A DNA stretch of 64,000 nucleotides from a virus. Both the position numbers and the translations under genes were made by a program. This document shows, one piece after another, positions 1-7,901 of this stretch; position 1 is the stretch's first letter; each line of letters starts with the position of its first letter. The stretch is from the IMG/VR virus record IMGVR_UViG_3300037092_000015, positions 11,478 to 75,477 of that record; one strand, 5' to 3'. Under the pieces are notes generated by a model. That model saw only the letters and a program-made list of their open reading frames with translations. It searched no databases and was not told the origin of the DNA.

Positions 1-1
1 C

Positions 2-1414
2 CCGGCTATCCGCGCTCAATCCGTGACGAAGCAAGTCAACGTCAGACACCGCACCGTCGCCCTTGCCGAACGGCCAGCCTAATGCCTCGCTCACGCTCAT
101 CATTTCAATTTCCGCCATCCGCTTTGCGTGAACCGCATCTTGTCCTGGCGTAGCCTTGAGTAGTTGAAGCACCAGCATATCATTAAACGGGTTGTCTATC
201 ACCGACAGGAGCAGCTTCGCCCGCCGCCAGTCACCCGGCTTCACGCGGGGCTTGCTCTGTTTGACCGGCACGCCGTTAGCCCGCAAGTGCTGCGCTACGG
301 CATCGCAAAGACGGTTCGTGCGGGCGAGAATTGCAACCTCAGTTAATGGTGTTACAGGTTCGTTTTCCACCGGGGTTGGTGTATGCCCCTCGTGAGCAAA
401 TCCTTTGATTGGATCACCGCAGTGGCATACTAGCTCCGGTGCCTTTGTAACTGCTTGCACCTGCTCCAGAACGTAGCTTAACTCGTCCGCTGGCTTGTCA
501 CACTCGTGCACCGTGACGCTGCCGCCCGGACGCATGGCCTGCGTAACCTTTGGAATACGGTTGACGTTGTGCTCTATGAGCCTCTGTGCGGTGTCGCAGA
601 TAACGACTCCCGACCTGTAATTGTTTTCTAGTTTGAACACCGTCCATTGCTTTCCCGCTTTATGTAAAGCTACGTCAATGAACTGCTGAACCTTGGTATC
701 GCGAAACGCGTAGATCGACTGGCAGTCATCCCCGACTATAAACTTGTTCCCGCACGGCATTGCTTCGTAAATAGCGAAGTCCTGCTCTGATGAGTCTTGC
801 GCCTCGTCTATCCAAACGTGCGTGTATGGCCAAGGAACCTTACCATCCATCGCCATTTGCGCCGCTCGCAAACCGTGGTGCAGAAGCATGTCGAAGTCGC
901 ACATTCCCGATTCAAGAAGCAGCGCGTGGTAACGGCGCACGACTAGCTCCGCCCGACTCGGCAGCCGAGTCAACGGGTCGCCGCCCTTGCTCGCCGCCAG
1001 TGTCGCCAGCGCAACCTTCGTGCTGCTCTTTTCACCCATCAAATCCATGATGGACAGGAGCAGCGGTTCTACCTGCTCATCGTCCACCACCCCGATGCGC
1101 TCCGGCAACCCTAGCGCCACATGATGCTCCCGGCACAAACGTAAGCAGAAGCTGTGAAGCGTCCCTACGAACCCGAGCTTGGACGTGACGCCGTGCTCCT
1201 TGGCCAGCCTATCCACAAGCTCCCTCGCTGCCGCGACCGTGTAAGTCACAACCAAGACGGACTCAGGCAGCACGCCCTGCGACACGGCGTAGGCCACGGC
1301 GGCTACTAGGGTGCGAGTCTTGCCGCTCCCCGGACCCGACACAACGAGTTTGTGTGTGGCTGGTGACTCCACGGCGGCCCGTTGCTCTTGGTTTAGCTTC
1401 TCAAGTATGTCCAT
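2..1414 (-). CDS. UvrD/Rep/PcrA-family SF1 DNA helicase (runs off the window edge; absent from the ORF track)
   Basis: Partial manual translation from ATG 1414: MDILEKLNQEQRAAVESPATHKLVVSGPGSGKT (Q motif + Walker A), WIDEAQD (Walker B), VGDDCQSIYAFR (motif III), LENNYRS (motif IV). Confidence 0.93.
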   Translation of the reverse strand, partial: MDILEKLNQEQRAAVESPATHKLVVSGPGSGKTRTLVAAVAYAVSQGVLPESVLVVTYTVAAARELVDRLAKEHGVTSKLGFVGTLHSFCLRLCREHHVALGLPERIGVVDDEQVEPLLLSIMDLMGEKSSTKVALATLAASKGGDPLTRLPSRAELVVRRYHALLLESGMCDFDMLLHHGLRAAQMAMDGKVPWPYTHVWIDEAQDSSEQDFAIYEAMPCGNKFIVGDDCQSIYAFRDTKVQQFIDVALHKAGKQWTVFKLENNYRSGVVICDTAQRLIEHNVNRIPKVTQAMRPGGSVTVHECDKPADELSYVLEQVQAVTKAPELVCHCGDPIKGFAHEGHTPTPVENEPVTPLTEVAILARTNRLCDAVAQHLRANGVPVKQSKPRVKPGDWRRAKLLLSVIDNPFNDMLVLQLLKATPGQDAVHAKRMAEIEMMSVSEALGWPFGKGDGAVSDVDLLRHGLSADSR

Positions 1415-1440
1415 TCTGGTTTCCTTTCGTGCTATGCAAG

Positions 1441-1566
1441 TGAGCGAGACAGGGTTCACACCTGCTCTTGAGGCCCCACGCTGCCAGTTGCCCGGCAGCG
1501 GCTTTTGACATACCGGCTAGTCATACGCAACCTCTGTGCTTGCTCCGGCTCTTACACCACTCGCTC
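1441..1566 (-). ncRNA. tRNA-like RNA with enlarged anticodon domain (~126 nt)
   Basis: Acceptor GAGCGAG/CUCGCUC-A; D stem GUGU/GCAC; stem GAGGU/GCCUC enclosing ~55 nt including GCUGCCGG-GCAA-CUGGCAGC; T arm GCAGG-UGUGAAC-CCUGU; intergenic. Confidence 0.65.
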
Positions 1567-1604
1567 ATTGTTGTTGCTTGATTCACTGCGCCAACCTAAC
1601 GCAA

Positions 1605-2126
1605 TTACTTGCCTTCCGCAAGCGCCTTCTTCGCCTCCTCAGCCTGCTCTGGCATCAGCGCCGGGTTTGGCAAAGGCTCCGTCCCCGTCACCACGCCTGT
1701 CGCCGTGCCGTCCGTCACCTTGTCGCCCGGCTTCGGCTCCGGCTGGTCCGGCAGCGGCAGCTTGTCGAACTCGTCTTCGTCCATCGCCGACTTGCGGATA
1801 ACCTTGCCTTTGTCCGGGCCGTCAGCGAAGCGGTAGGTCTTCATCCCGTTCTTGCGGTCGAACTCCACGTCCGCCGGCACCTTGCGCGACTCCGCGCCGA
1901 GCCGCAACTGGTTTCCCAGTTCGCTGCACTGGCTCTCCAGTTCCTTGATGACCGCCTTGGCGCTGGCCGCCGACGCCTTGACCGCCTCCTTCTTGAGGCT
2001 CACATCAGCCATGAGTTGCGCCAGTTCCTCGCTTTTGGATTTATACTCCTGAAGCGTGAACTGGTGCTGGATTTCAACCGTCTCCCGTATCGTGTGCTTC
2101 TTTTCCTTTGTCTTCTTGCTGTCCAT
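1605..2126 (-). CDS. Hypothetical coiled-coil phage protein
   Basis: ORF; likely start MDSKKTKEKK after an AAGG-rich RBS. Confidence 0.7.
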   Translation of the reverse strand: MDSKKTKEKKHTIRETVEIQHQFTLQEYKSKSEELAQLMADVSLKKEAVKASAASAKAVIKELESQCSELGNQLRLGAESRKVPADVEFDRKNGMKTYRFADGPDKGKVIRKSAMDEDEFDKLPLPDQPEPKPGDKVTDGTATGVVTGTEPLPNPALMPEQAEEAKKALAEGK

Positions 2127-2160
2127 GTATTGCCTTTCCTTTGTTGTTTTGTTGTGATGT

Positions 2161-2313
2161 TTACTTATCCCGATCTGCCCGGCGCTGCTTGATGACTTGG
2201 CGCCGTTCGCTCTTGCCGTGCCAAGGACGTTGCGGATCAATTCGCGTCCGAACCCCGCGACCGTCAACGAAGTAGGTGACGCCCGACCATGTTTTCAATG
2301 TTCCTGTTTTCAT
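2161..2313 (-). CDS. Small basic hypothetical protein
   Basis: MKTGTLKTWSGVTYFVDGRG..., preceded by AAGGAAAGA. Confidence 0.5.
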   Translation of the reverse strand: MKTGTLKTWSGVTYFVDGRGVRTRIDPQRPWHGKSERRQVIKQRRADRDK

Positions 2314-2335
2314 TCTTTCCTTTCGCTTGTTTCGT

Positions 2336-2717
2336 TTACTTACCAGCCAAGGCCGCAGCAACCGCCGCTGCCTCTGCCGGCTCCAAATTCCAAATGCCCT
2401 GTCGCCCGCGCACCGGCACGGGCTTCGACAGAACCCGAAGGTTCCGCGTCAGCCACGCGAACCTGCCTGGGGTGTAGTCGCCAAGGTCGCGCAACACAGT
2501 CGTAAAGTTCCACCACGCACAGCGCCGCGCCGTAGGGCATCGCCATAGCCGCTGCGTAGGTGGCAACGTCACCGCACTCTTCCAAAGACGGCTTGCGCTT
2601 GCTTGCGCATATCACTAAGTTACCCCTGTAGGATGTTGGCCAGCTACGAGTTTCGTTCTGCTTCACGCCGCTAGCCATTGCAGATGCCCACGGCTGCCAC
2701 AAACTAACAGCTTTCAC
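2336..2717 (-). pseudogene. ASCH-domain protein, frameshifted near 2490
   Basis: N-terminus KAVSLWQPWAS..GVKQNETRSW is in one frame; the typical C-terminus LGDYTPGRFAW..PVPVRGRQGIW is in another. Confidence 0.75.
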
Positions 2718-3220
2718 TTACGACCTCCTGTTCGCCTTACGCGGCCAGCAGTAGGCGGCGTCACCCACACCCTAACCGGGAAGTGGCACCGCTCTCCGCC
2801 TAGCCCGTCGCGTCGCAGCATGTCGCACACTGCTTCCGCCTGCTCCTTGGTGGCATGGTAGTCGTGCGTGGTGTTAGGCGGTTCCGCGCCAATAATGTGG
2901 CCCGGTGGCCATTCCGCCCACGACGCCCATCGCGCTTCGGTAGCCGGTGGCGCACCAGAAGCCTGATTCCCGGCACTAGGGCTTGATTTGCCGCACCTTT
3001 GCTCCGTAACCGTGCCGCCAAGGCTGTTTTGCGCCCCGCCGCGCCACGGGCCGGCCTCGGCAAGTAGCCAGAACACAACCGTCGCGGCAAATAGCAGCCC
3101 GAAGCCTGCCGCACATAGTTTTTGCCCGCCGTTGAAGTGCGCCAGCAAGACGCACAAAGCTGGCGTCGCTACCATCAGGAACAGGCAGACGCCGATTAGA
3201 TGCTTGCGCGGGTTGCTCAC
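2714..3220 (-). CDS. Hypothetical membrane protein (2 TM)
   Basis: Two N-terminal hydrophobic segments; start and stop overlap both neighbours. Confidence 0.55.
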   Translation of the reverse strand: MSNPRKHLIGVCLFLMVATPALCVLLAHFNGGQKLCAAGFGLLFAATVVFWLLAEAGPWRGGAQNSLGGTVTEQRCGKSSPSAGNQASGAPPATEARWASWAEWPPGHIIGAEPPNTTHDYHATKEQAEAVCDMLRRDGLGGERCHFPVRVWVTPPTAGRVRRTGGRK

Positions 3221-5277
3221 GACAGCACCTCGATTTCCACGTAACCCGGAACCGTTGGCGCGTCGGCGCCTAGCGGTCGCACATCGGTGAGAACCGCCTG
3301 GTCTAATTTATCGGTGCGGATTAATTCCAGAAGCAATGCTACGAACGCGACCTTGTTATGGTCATCCAGGCGTCCTATCTCGTCCACCATAGCCAGCCGG
3401 AACGGCGCGTCCGCTGCCAGTGCAACAGACAGGGCACAGTAAGTCAACGCCTGCTCTGTCCCTGAGAACATCTTGTGAGTGATCAGCTTCCCGGCTGTCG
3501 CCATACCGATTTCACCGTCTTGCCATACCAACGGGCTTCGTAGAATCCCGCCGCACAACTCGTTAGCCCGCACCACCAACGGACCCACCGCCGCGTCCAG
3601 CAGCTTGGATTGCAGCGCCGCCACCAATTTTGCGGTCTCTTTCCAGACCTCGCACTCCACCCGCGCCCGCGCTAGTTCCGCCGCCGCCCGGGCGCTGGCC
3701 GCCTTCTCCGCTCGCAGCGCCAAGAGTTGCTTGTAGGCTGTGTCCGCCGTGGCCACTTCGATGCGCTTTGTATCCGCTGCCAGTTTCGCTGCCGTGTAAT
3801 CTGACCGCGCCTTGTCTAGCGCAATCGTGAGAACCGGAACCTTGCCCGCCGCTTCTGCCGCCGCCGCGTTGTGCGCTACCTTCTCACGCAACTCCGCCAC
3901 TTGGTTAGCCATCACCTTGAGCGCGTGCTGTGCGCCAATGTAGAGCGTGTTCTTGTGCGTCCAGTCGGCAACCGCGTTCTGGTAGCTGGTATGGGCTTCG
4001 GCTGTAGCTTTGTCCCATGATGCTTGTGCCTGATAAACCTCGCTCAAGGCCACCGACGCCGCCGTCGCCGTAGGGTTGAAGTCCAGTCGCGCCTGTGTGG
4101 CCGTCTTAACCGACTTGCTCGCTGCCTTGATTAAGGTTTCCAACCCCTTCACCACCTTGGATTGCAAGTCCACTATGCTCTGGCCGCACTTGCTGCACTT
4201 GACCGCACCCGCCGCGTCTTTCAGTTCCTTTTGAAGCCGCGTTATATCGGCTTCCGCTTGTCGCACGTCGCCGTCGAGCTTGTTCGCTACCTTGGCAGCG
4301 TTCGCAACAGCATCCCGCGCCGCCGTGTCATCCGGGCGATTGCCTGTCGCCGTCGGCCTCGCTGGCTCCGGACCAGCGGGTAGCATTTTGGAACTAGCTC
4401 CGATCTTGATCTCGTTCTCCAGTTTTGCGATGCGGTTCTGCGTAGCTTCCAAGTCAACCGCCGTAGCCGCTAACTCCTTGGCGTCGTTTAGCGCGTTCAG
4501 TGCGCCTTGCCCAACCTCCGTTATACGCGACTGCTCCTGCACCGCCGTCTCTAGCAGCGCACGCGCACGCGCCAACCGTTGCTCCGCGTCAACCGGCGGT
4601 GGCGGCCCGGTCAGAGCGATCTGCGCCTGCCCTTGCCCAGTCTTCTGCATCCGCTGCACACACGCTGCGCTTGCCTTCTTTTTCTCCCCCACCATTTCCA
4701 CCATGCTCTCAACCCACGCTTGCGGAGTCCGATCAGAGTCGGTGGTTAGCGTCGTGCCGTTCAATAGCTTCACCACTTCCTCCAACCCCGCCTCGCTCTC
4801 CGGCGTATTGTCTTCCAGCTTCACGTTCTTGACGTTAGCTACAAGCGCCCGCACCATCGCCTCGATGGTCATGTCCTCTGGAAGCTTGCACCGTCCGAAC
4901 AGGAACCGCGTCCGCGCCGGGCCGCTCAGCCCCAGGAACTCCCCTTGCACATCCAGCGCCACTGGCGGCATCTTCAAGTCTCCTTCTTGCGTAACCCTCA
5001 CGCTGCCGCCAACCTCCTGCCATGTCCGGCTCAGAACCGTGCCGTCGTCCATCGTCCCTGCGACGTGGAGAGGGTTGCCGCTCGCCACCGCGTCGAATAC
5101 GTCTCGGGGCTTGGAACTCATGCCGGGCAAGCTGCCGCCTAGCAGTAGCGATATGGTGTTCTCTCTGGCCGTCTTGCCGGCAAAGTTGCGTCCGTATATC
5201 AACGTGACGGCGCCAAGCTTGTGCGTGAAGGTTTGCCCCTTTACGTTGCGGCCTGTCAAAGTGTCTATCTTTCTCAT
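3217..5277 (-). CDS. Rad50/SbcC (gp46-like) SMC-family ATPase
   Basis: Walker A GRNFAGKT, long coiled coil with CSKC zinc hook, signature FSGTE, Walker B MVDEIG. Confidence 0.88.
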   Translation of the reverse strand: MRKIDTLTGRNVKGQTFTHKLGAVTLIYGRNFAGKTARENTISLLLGGSLPGMSSKPRDVFDAVASGNPLHVAGTMDDGTVLSRTWQEVGGSVRVTQEGDLKMPPVALDVQGEFLGLSGPARTRFLFGRCKLPEDMTIEAMVRALVANVKNVKLEDNTPESEAGLEEVVKLLNGTTLTTDSDRTPQAWVESMVEMVGEKKKASAACVQRMQKTGQGQAQIALTGPPPPVDAEQRLARARALLETAVQEQSRITEVGQGALNALNDAKELAATAVDLEATQNRIAKLENEIKIGASSKMLPAGPEPARPTATGNRPDDTAARDAVANAAKVANKLDGDVRQAEADITRLQKELKDAAGAVKCSKCGQSIVDLQSKVVKGLETLIKAASKSVKTATQARLDFNPTATAASVALSEVYQAQASWDKATAEAHTSYQNAVADWTHKNTLYIGAQHALKVMANQVAELREKVAHNAAAAEAAGKVPVLTIALDKARSDYTAAKLAADTKRIEVATADTAYKQLLALRAEKAASARAAAELARARVECEVWKETAKLVAALQSKLLDAAVGPLVVRANELCGGILRSPLVWQDGEIGMATAGKLITHKMFSGTEQALTYCALSVALAADAPFRLAMVDEIGRLDDHNKVAFVALLLELIRTDKLDQAVLTDVRPLGADAPTVPGYVEIEVLS

Positions 5278-5299
5278 GCTTTTCCTTTCGTTAGTTGAG

Positions 5300-5431
5300 T
5301 GGTGGGCGTGGCAGGATTTGAACCTGCAAGTGCGACATAGCCATTAGAAATGTTGTTCGCTACTCAGCAAACGCTGGAAAGCCATGCAGCCCCGTTTCTC
5401 TCCGGTGCGTTTTACATTCCGCCACGCGCTC
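5300..5431 (-). ncRNA. Degenerate/enlarged tRNA-like RNA (Leu-type D arm, encoded CCA)
   Basis: Canonical T arm GCAGG-UUCAAAU-CCUGC, 3' end CACGCCC-A-CCA, D arm UGGCGGAAUGUAAAACGC; two acceptor mismatches and a long internal stem-loop. Confidence 0.65.
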
Positions 5432-5445
5432 ACAAATTGCATCTA

Positions 5446-6240
5446 TCAAAAAGGAACATCCTCAGGCTCCGGCTCCGCCGCTTCGCCTTGCGGCTCACTC
5501 GGTGGAGGTTCGTTTTCTGGGGCTTCCGGTTGTGCCTGCCCGTCGTCAGTCGGCTGTGCGGCGGAGCTCTTGGTTTTGGCGAAGTAACCTTCCAAGAACA
5601 CTGCCAGTTCGGCGTCGCATACCTTTGCCATTGCGTCCGTCTCTGGCTTGATGTCCACCATCGAGAATTTTGGTAGTATGTAAGTCACGTCGCCATTCAC
5701 AATGGTATCGCCCTTTGCGATCACCACTGCCCTTTCATACACTTCCCCTTGAGGGTGGCTTGATCCTCGCCGGTGAGCCTTCTTGAACTCAATCCACGCG
5801 TTGACACTTGAACCTTTGATGTGTAATCCTCCAATCTTCAGCACTGGCACCTTTGGGTCTGGGAAGAACCCGATGTAGATGCTGTTGTAGAAGTGCCCGC
5901 CAACGGCCTTGCTCGTAACGTGGTCTTTAATGTCCTTGTAGAACCCTGACGTGATTACGTCGCCTTTGTAAGACTTCACGACCATCACTTCGGAACGGCT
6001 GTCCCGCACTTCGTTGGAGTAGATGCCGCCGATCTGCTTTGAGTATCCACGGACGCAGGACAACTCGTCCAGCACCAGGAACTTAAACCCGTCTCTGACG
6101 TTCACCCGCATTCCTTTCTTTTGCGTTTTCGGGTTGTCTAGGTCCTTGTCCCAGTATTGTAACTGGCCCGTCTTACCGCTCCATTCAAACCACCGGACTG
6201 CTGGATTTGGTCTCGTGTCAACTGGATTTGATCTGCTCAT
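5446..6240 (-). CDS. Putative single-stranded DNA-binding/annealing protein
   Basis: Acidic Pro/Glu tail ending EPEDVPF; sits upstream of the Rad50-like and UvrD genes. Confidence 0.65.
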   Translation of the reverse strand: MSRSNPVDTRPNPAVRWFEWSGKTGQLQYWDKDLDNPKTQKKGMRVNVRDGFKFLVLDELSCVRGYSKQIGGIYSNEVRDSRSEVMVVKSYKGDVITSGFYKDIKDHVTSKAVGGHFYNSIYIGFFPDPKVPVLKIGGLHIKGSSVNAWIEFKKAHRRGSSHPQGEVYERAVVIAKGDTIVNGDVTYILPKFSMVDIKPETDAMAKVCDAELAVFLEGYFAKTKSSAAQPTDDGQAQPEAPENEPPPSEPQGEAAEPEPEDVPF

Positions 6241-6260
6241 GTTTTTCCTTTCCTTGATAA

Positions 6261-6350
6261 ACCGCACGCCCCGGGCAGGTGCATCAAACGTGAATTGGAC
6301 GCACCGAAGTCCCGAGGCGGCGGTAAGTTGTTTGTCGATTGATTCACGTT
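6261..6350 (-). promoter_or_regulatory. Structured 5' leader (long hairpin plus 9-bp pseudoknot) of the SSB-like gene
   Basis: Hairpin 6261-6325; loop AUUCACGUU (6287-6295) is complementary to AACGUGAAU (6342-6350). Confidence 0.65.
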
Positions 6351-6358
6351 ATGCAGGC

Positions 6359-6398
6359 AACATAACGCAACTCCTGCCCGTTTGGCAACAACTATTTT
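6359..6398 (-). promoter_or_regulatory. Putative promoter with AAATAGTTGTTGC motif
   Basis: TTGCCA-18-TATGTT; motif shared with 57141-57153 and 62727-62740. Confidence 0.55.
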
Positions 6399-6508
6399 GA
6401 GAAATCTTTTAAGCCGGTTTCATCCACCGACACCGCGCACGGCAGACACTACGGATACGGCACCGGCGCCAGCAGCTTGATCTTCTGGACGCTCCGCGCC
6501 GTGCCGAC

Positions 6509-6793
6509 TCACTTCAACCCCACCCTGACCATCCACACCACATTCGTGCCGCGCTGCTGCTGGACCACCGAAAAGCTCTGTAGCCCATTGGTCCGGGCGG
6601 ATTGCAGCGCGGCGAGCACGGCGTCCATAGTGGTGAACGTCTGAGGGTCGGCCTGGCGCAGCGAGCTGGTATGGACTATCCAGCCGGTAAAGTTGGTGCG
6701 GACTCCCGACCAGGGATTCACCGGCGTATGATTGGTTTGTGCGCCAGCCGACACGGCCAGAGCGACGATTGCGATTGCGATTATGTGTTTCAT
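6509..6793 (-). CDS. Small signal-peptide protein
   Basis: MKHIIAIAIVALAVSAGA-Q. Confidence 0.7.
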   Translation of the reverse strand: MKHIIAIAIVALAVSAGAQTNHTPVNPWSGVRTNFTGWIVHTSSLRQADPQTFTTMDAVLAALQSARTNGLQSFSVVQQQRGTNVVWMVRVGLK

Positions 6794-6799
6794 AAAGCG

Positions 6800-7714
6800 T
6801 TAAGGGGACGTGGTCCAAGTGGCCACCCCGAGCGAGGTGACGTGCAGATACATCGGCACCCCATTGTCCGATGCTTGCAGCATAAGCGTGGTGCCGCCGT
6901 TGCCGCCGGAGTCCGGGCCGATTACAGCAGTCGAATTGAGGGTCAGGATGTTAGCGGTGAGCGAGTCCCCAGCCGGGTCTGCAAACGACGCGGCCACGAC
7001 GTTACCGCTGCTATCAATCGTCGCCGCGCCGCCGTAGAAATTCAGCGGGGCCGTGCTATCTTGAATTGTGTTTCCATTCAGGTTGGCCGGGCTTCCGAAG
7101 GTCACCGAGCCGCTGATTGTGTCCACCAATGTAGTCCCTTGAAAATCAATACCAACCCCCGTGTCTTTGGATGCTATGACGACCGGCCCATAGAAAGTTG
7201 GTTGAGCAAAGTTAAGGGATGGCGGGAACTCGATGTTGGCCGCCTGAAAAACGATGGTGTTTGGGTAGCCATAGACCCCCTCTCCAAAAGCCCCAAATCC
7301 CCAAGTGCCGTCGCCGCTCGCATACCACGGCGGCGTTCCCACTATCCCAAGCGTTGGGTCAAATGCGCCACCCGGCCCGCAAATGCCCGACAGGTTGGTT
7401 GCGAAGTGCGTCTGCCAGTCCACATCCTGCAACACCGGCGTCTGGCTGCCGCCGCCTCCCGTAACATTGGTCCCCATAAAGTTGGTCAGCGCCCAGTTCA
7501 ACCCGGCGATGCTGTCGCTCTGGAATTGGAAGTTGTGGTTGATCTTGTTCCAAATCACGATGTATGAATCGCGCGCCGAGTCCGCCCCGTTTGTGCCGCA
7601 AAAGATGTTCGTGGTGAACGGCAGCGCGTAGTAGAGGTTGGTCGAGTAGGTGAAGTCCTGCCCTGGAGCCATAGAGGCCCAGAGCAATCCGATCAAGCAG
7701 AGTAGTCTTTTCAT
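6800..7714 (-). CDS. Signal-peptide-bearing fibre-like protein
   Basis: MKRLLCLIGLLWASMAPG-Q; G/T/N-rich; TNGADSARDSYIVIWNKINHNF resembles phage fibre N-terminal segments. Confidence 0.65.
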   Translation of the reverse strand: MKRLLCLIGLLWASMAPGQDFTYSTNLYYALPFTTNIFCGTNGADSARDSYIVIWNKINHNFQFQSDSIAGLNWALTNFMGTNVTGGGGSQTPVLQDVDWQTHFATNLSGICGPGGAFDPTLGIVGTPPWYASGDGTWGFGAFGEGVYGYPNTIVFQAANIEFPPSLNFAQPTFYGPVVIASKDTGVGIDFQGTTLVDTISGSVTFGSPANLNGNTIQDSTAPLNFYGGAATIDSSGNVVAASFADPAGDSLTANILTLNSTAVIGPDSGGNGGTTLMLQASDNGVPMYLHVTSLGVATWTTSP

Positions 7715-7721
7715 AAGTCAA

Positions 7722-7901
7722 TTAAGGCCCGCACCCAGCGCAAGGCCGTTGGTTTGTGACGCGGAAAATCTCATTGGCCAGCGCGTCCTCGATGTCGCCA
7801 GCCGCCGCTCGGCTAGGCACTGTTGGCGCTTGGCGATTCCTCTTGGCCTTTGGCTTCGCCGGCCGCATCTGGAATACCTTGGTGACGTTGGCTTTCAGCA
7901 T
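7722..7901 (-). CDS. Small hypothetical protein with C-terminal CxxC
   Basis: MLKANVTKVFQM...PCAGCGP, overlapping the upstream stop. Confidence 0.45.
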   Translation of the reverse strand: MLKANVTKVFQMRPAKPKAKRNRQAPTVPSRAAAGDIEDALANEIFRVTNQRPCAGCGP

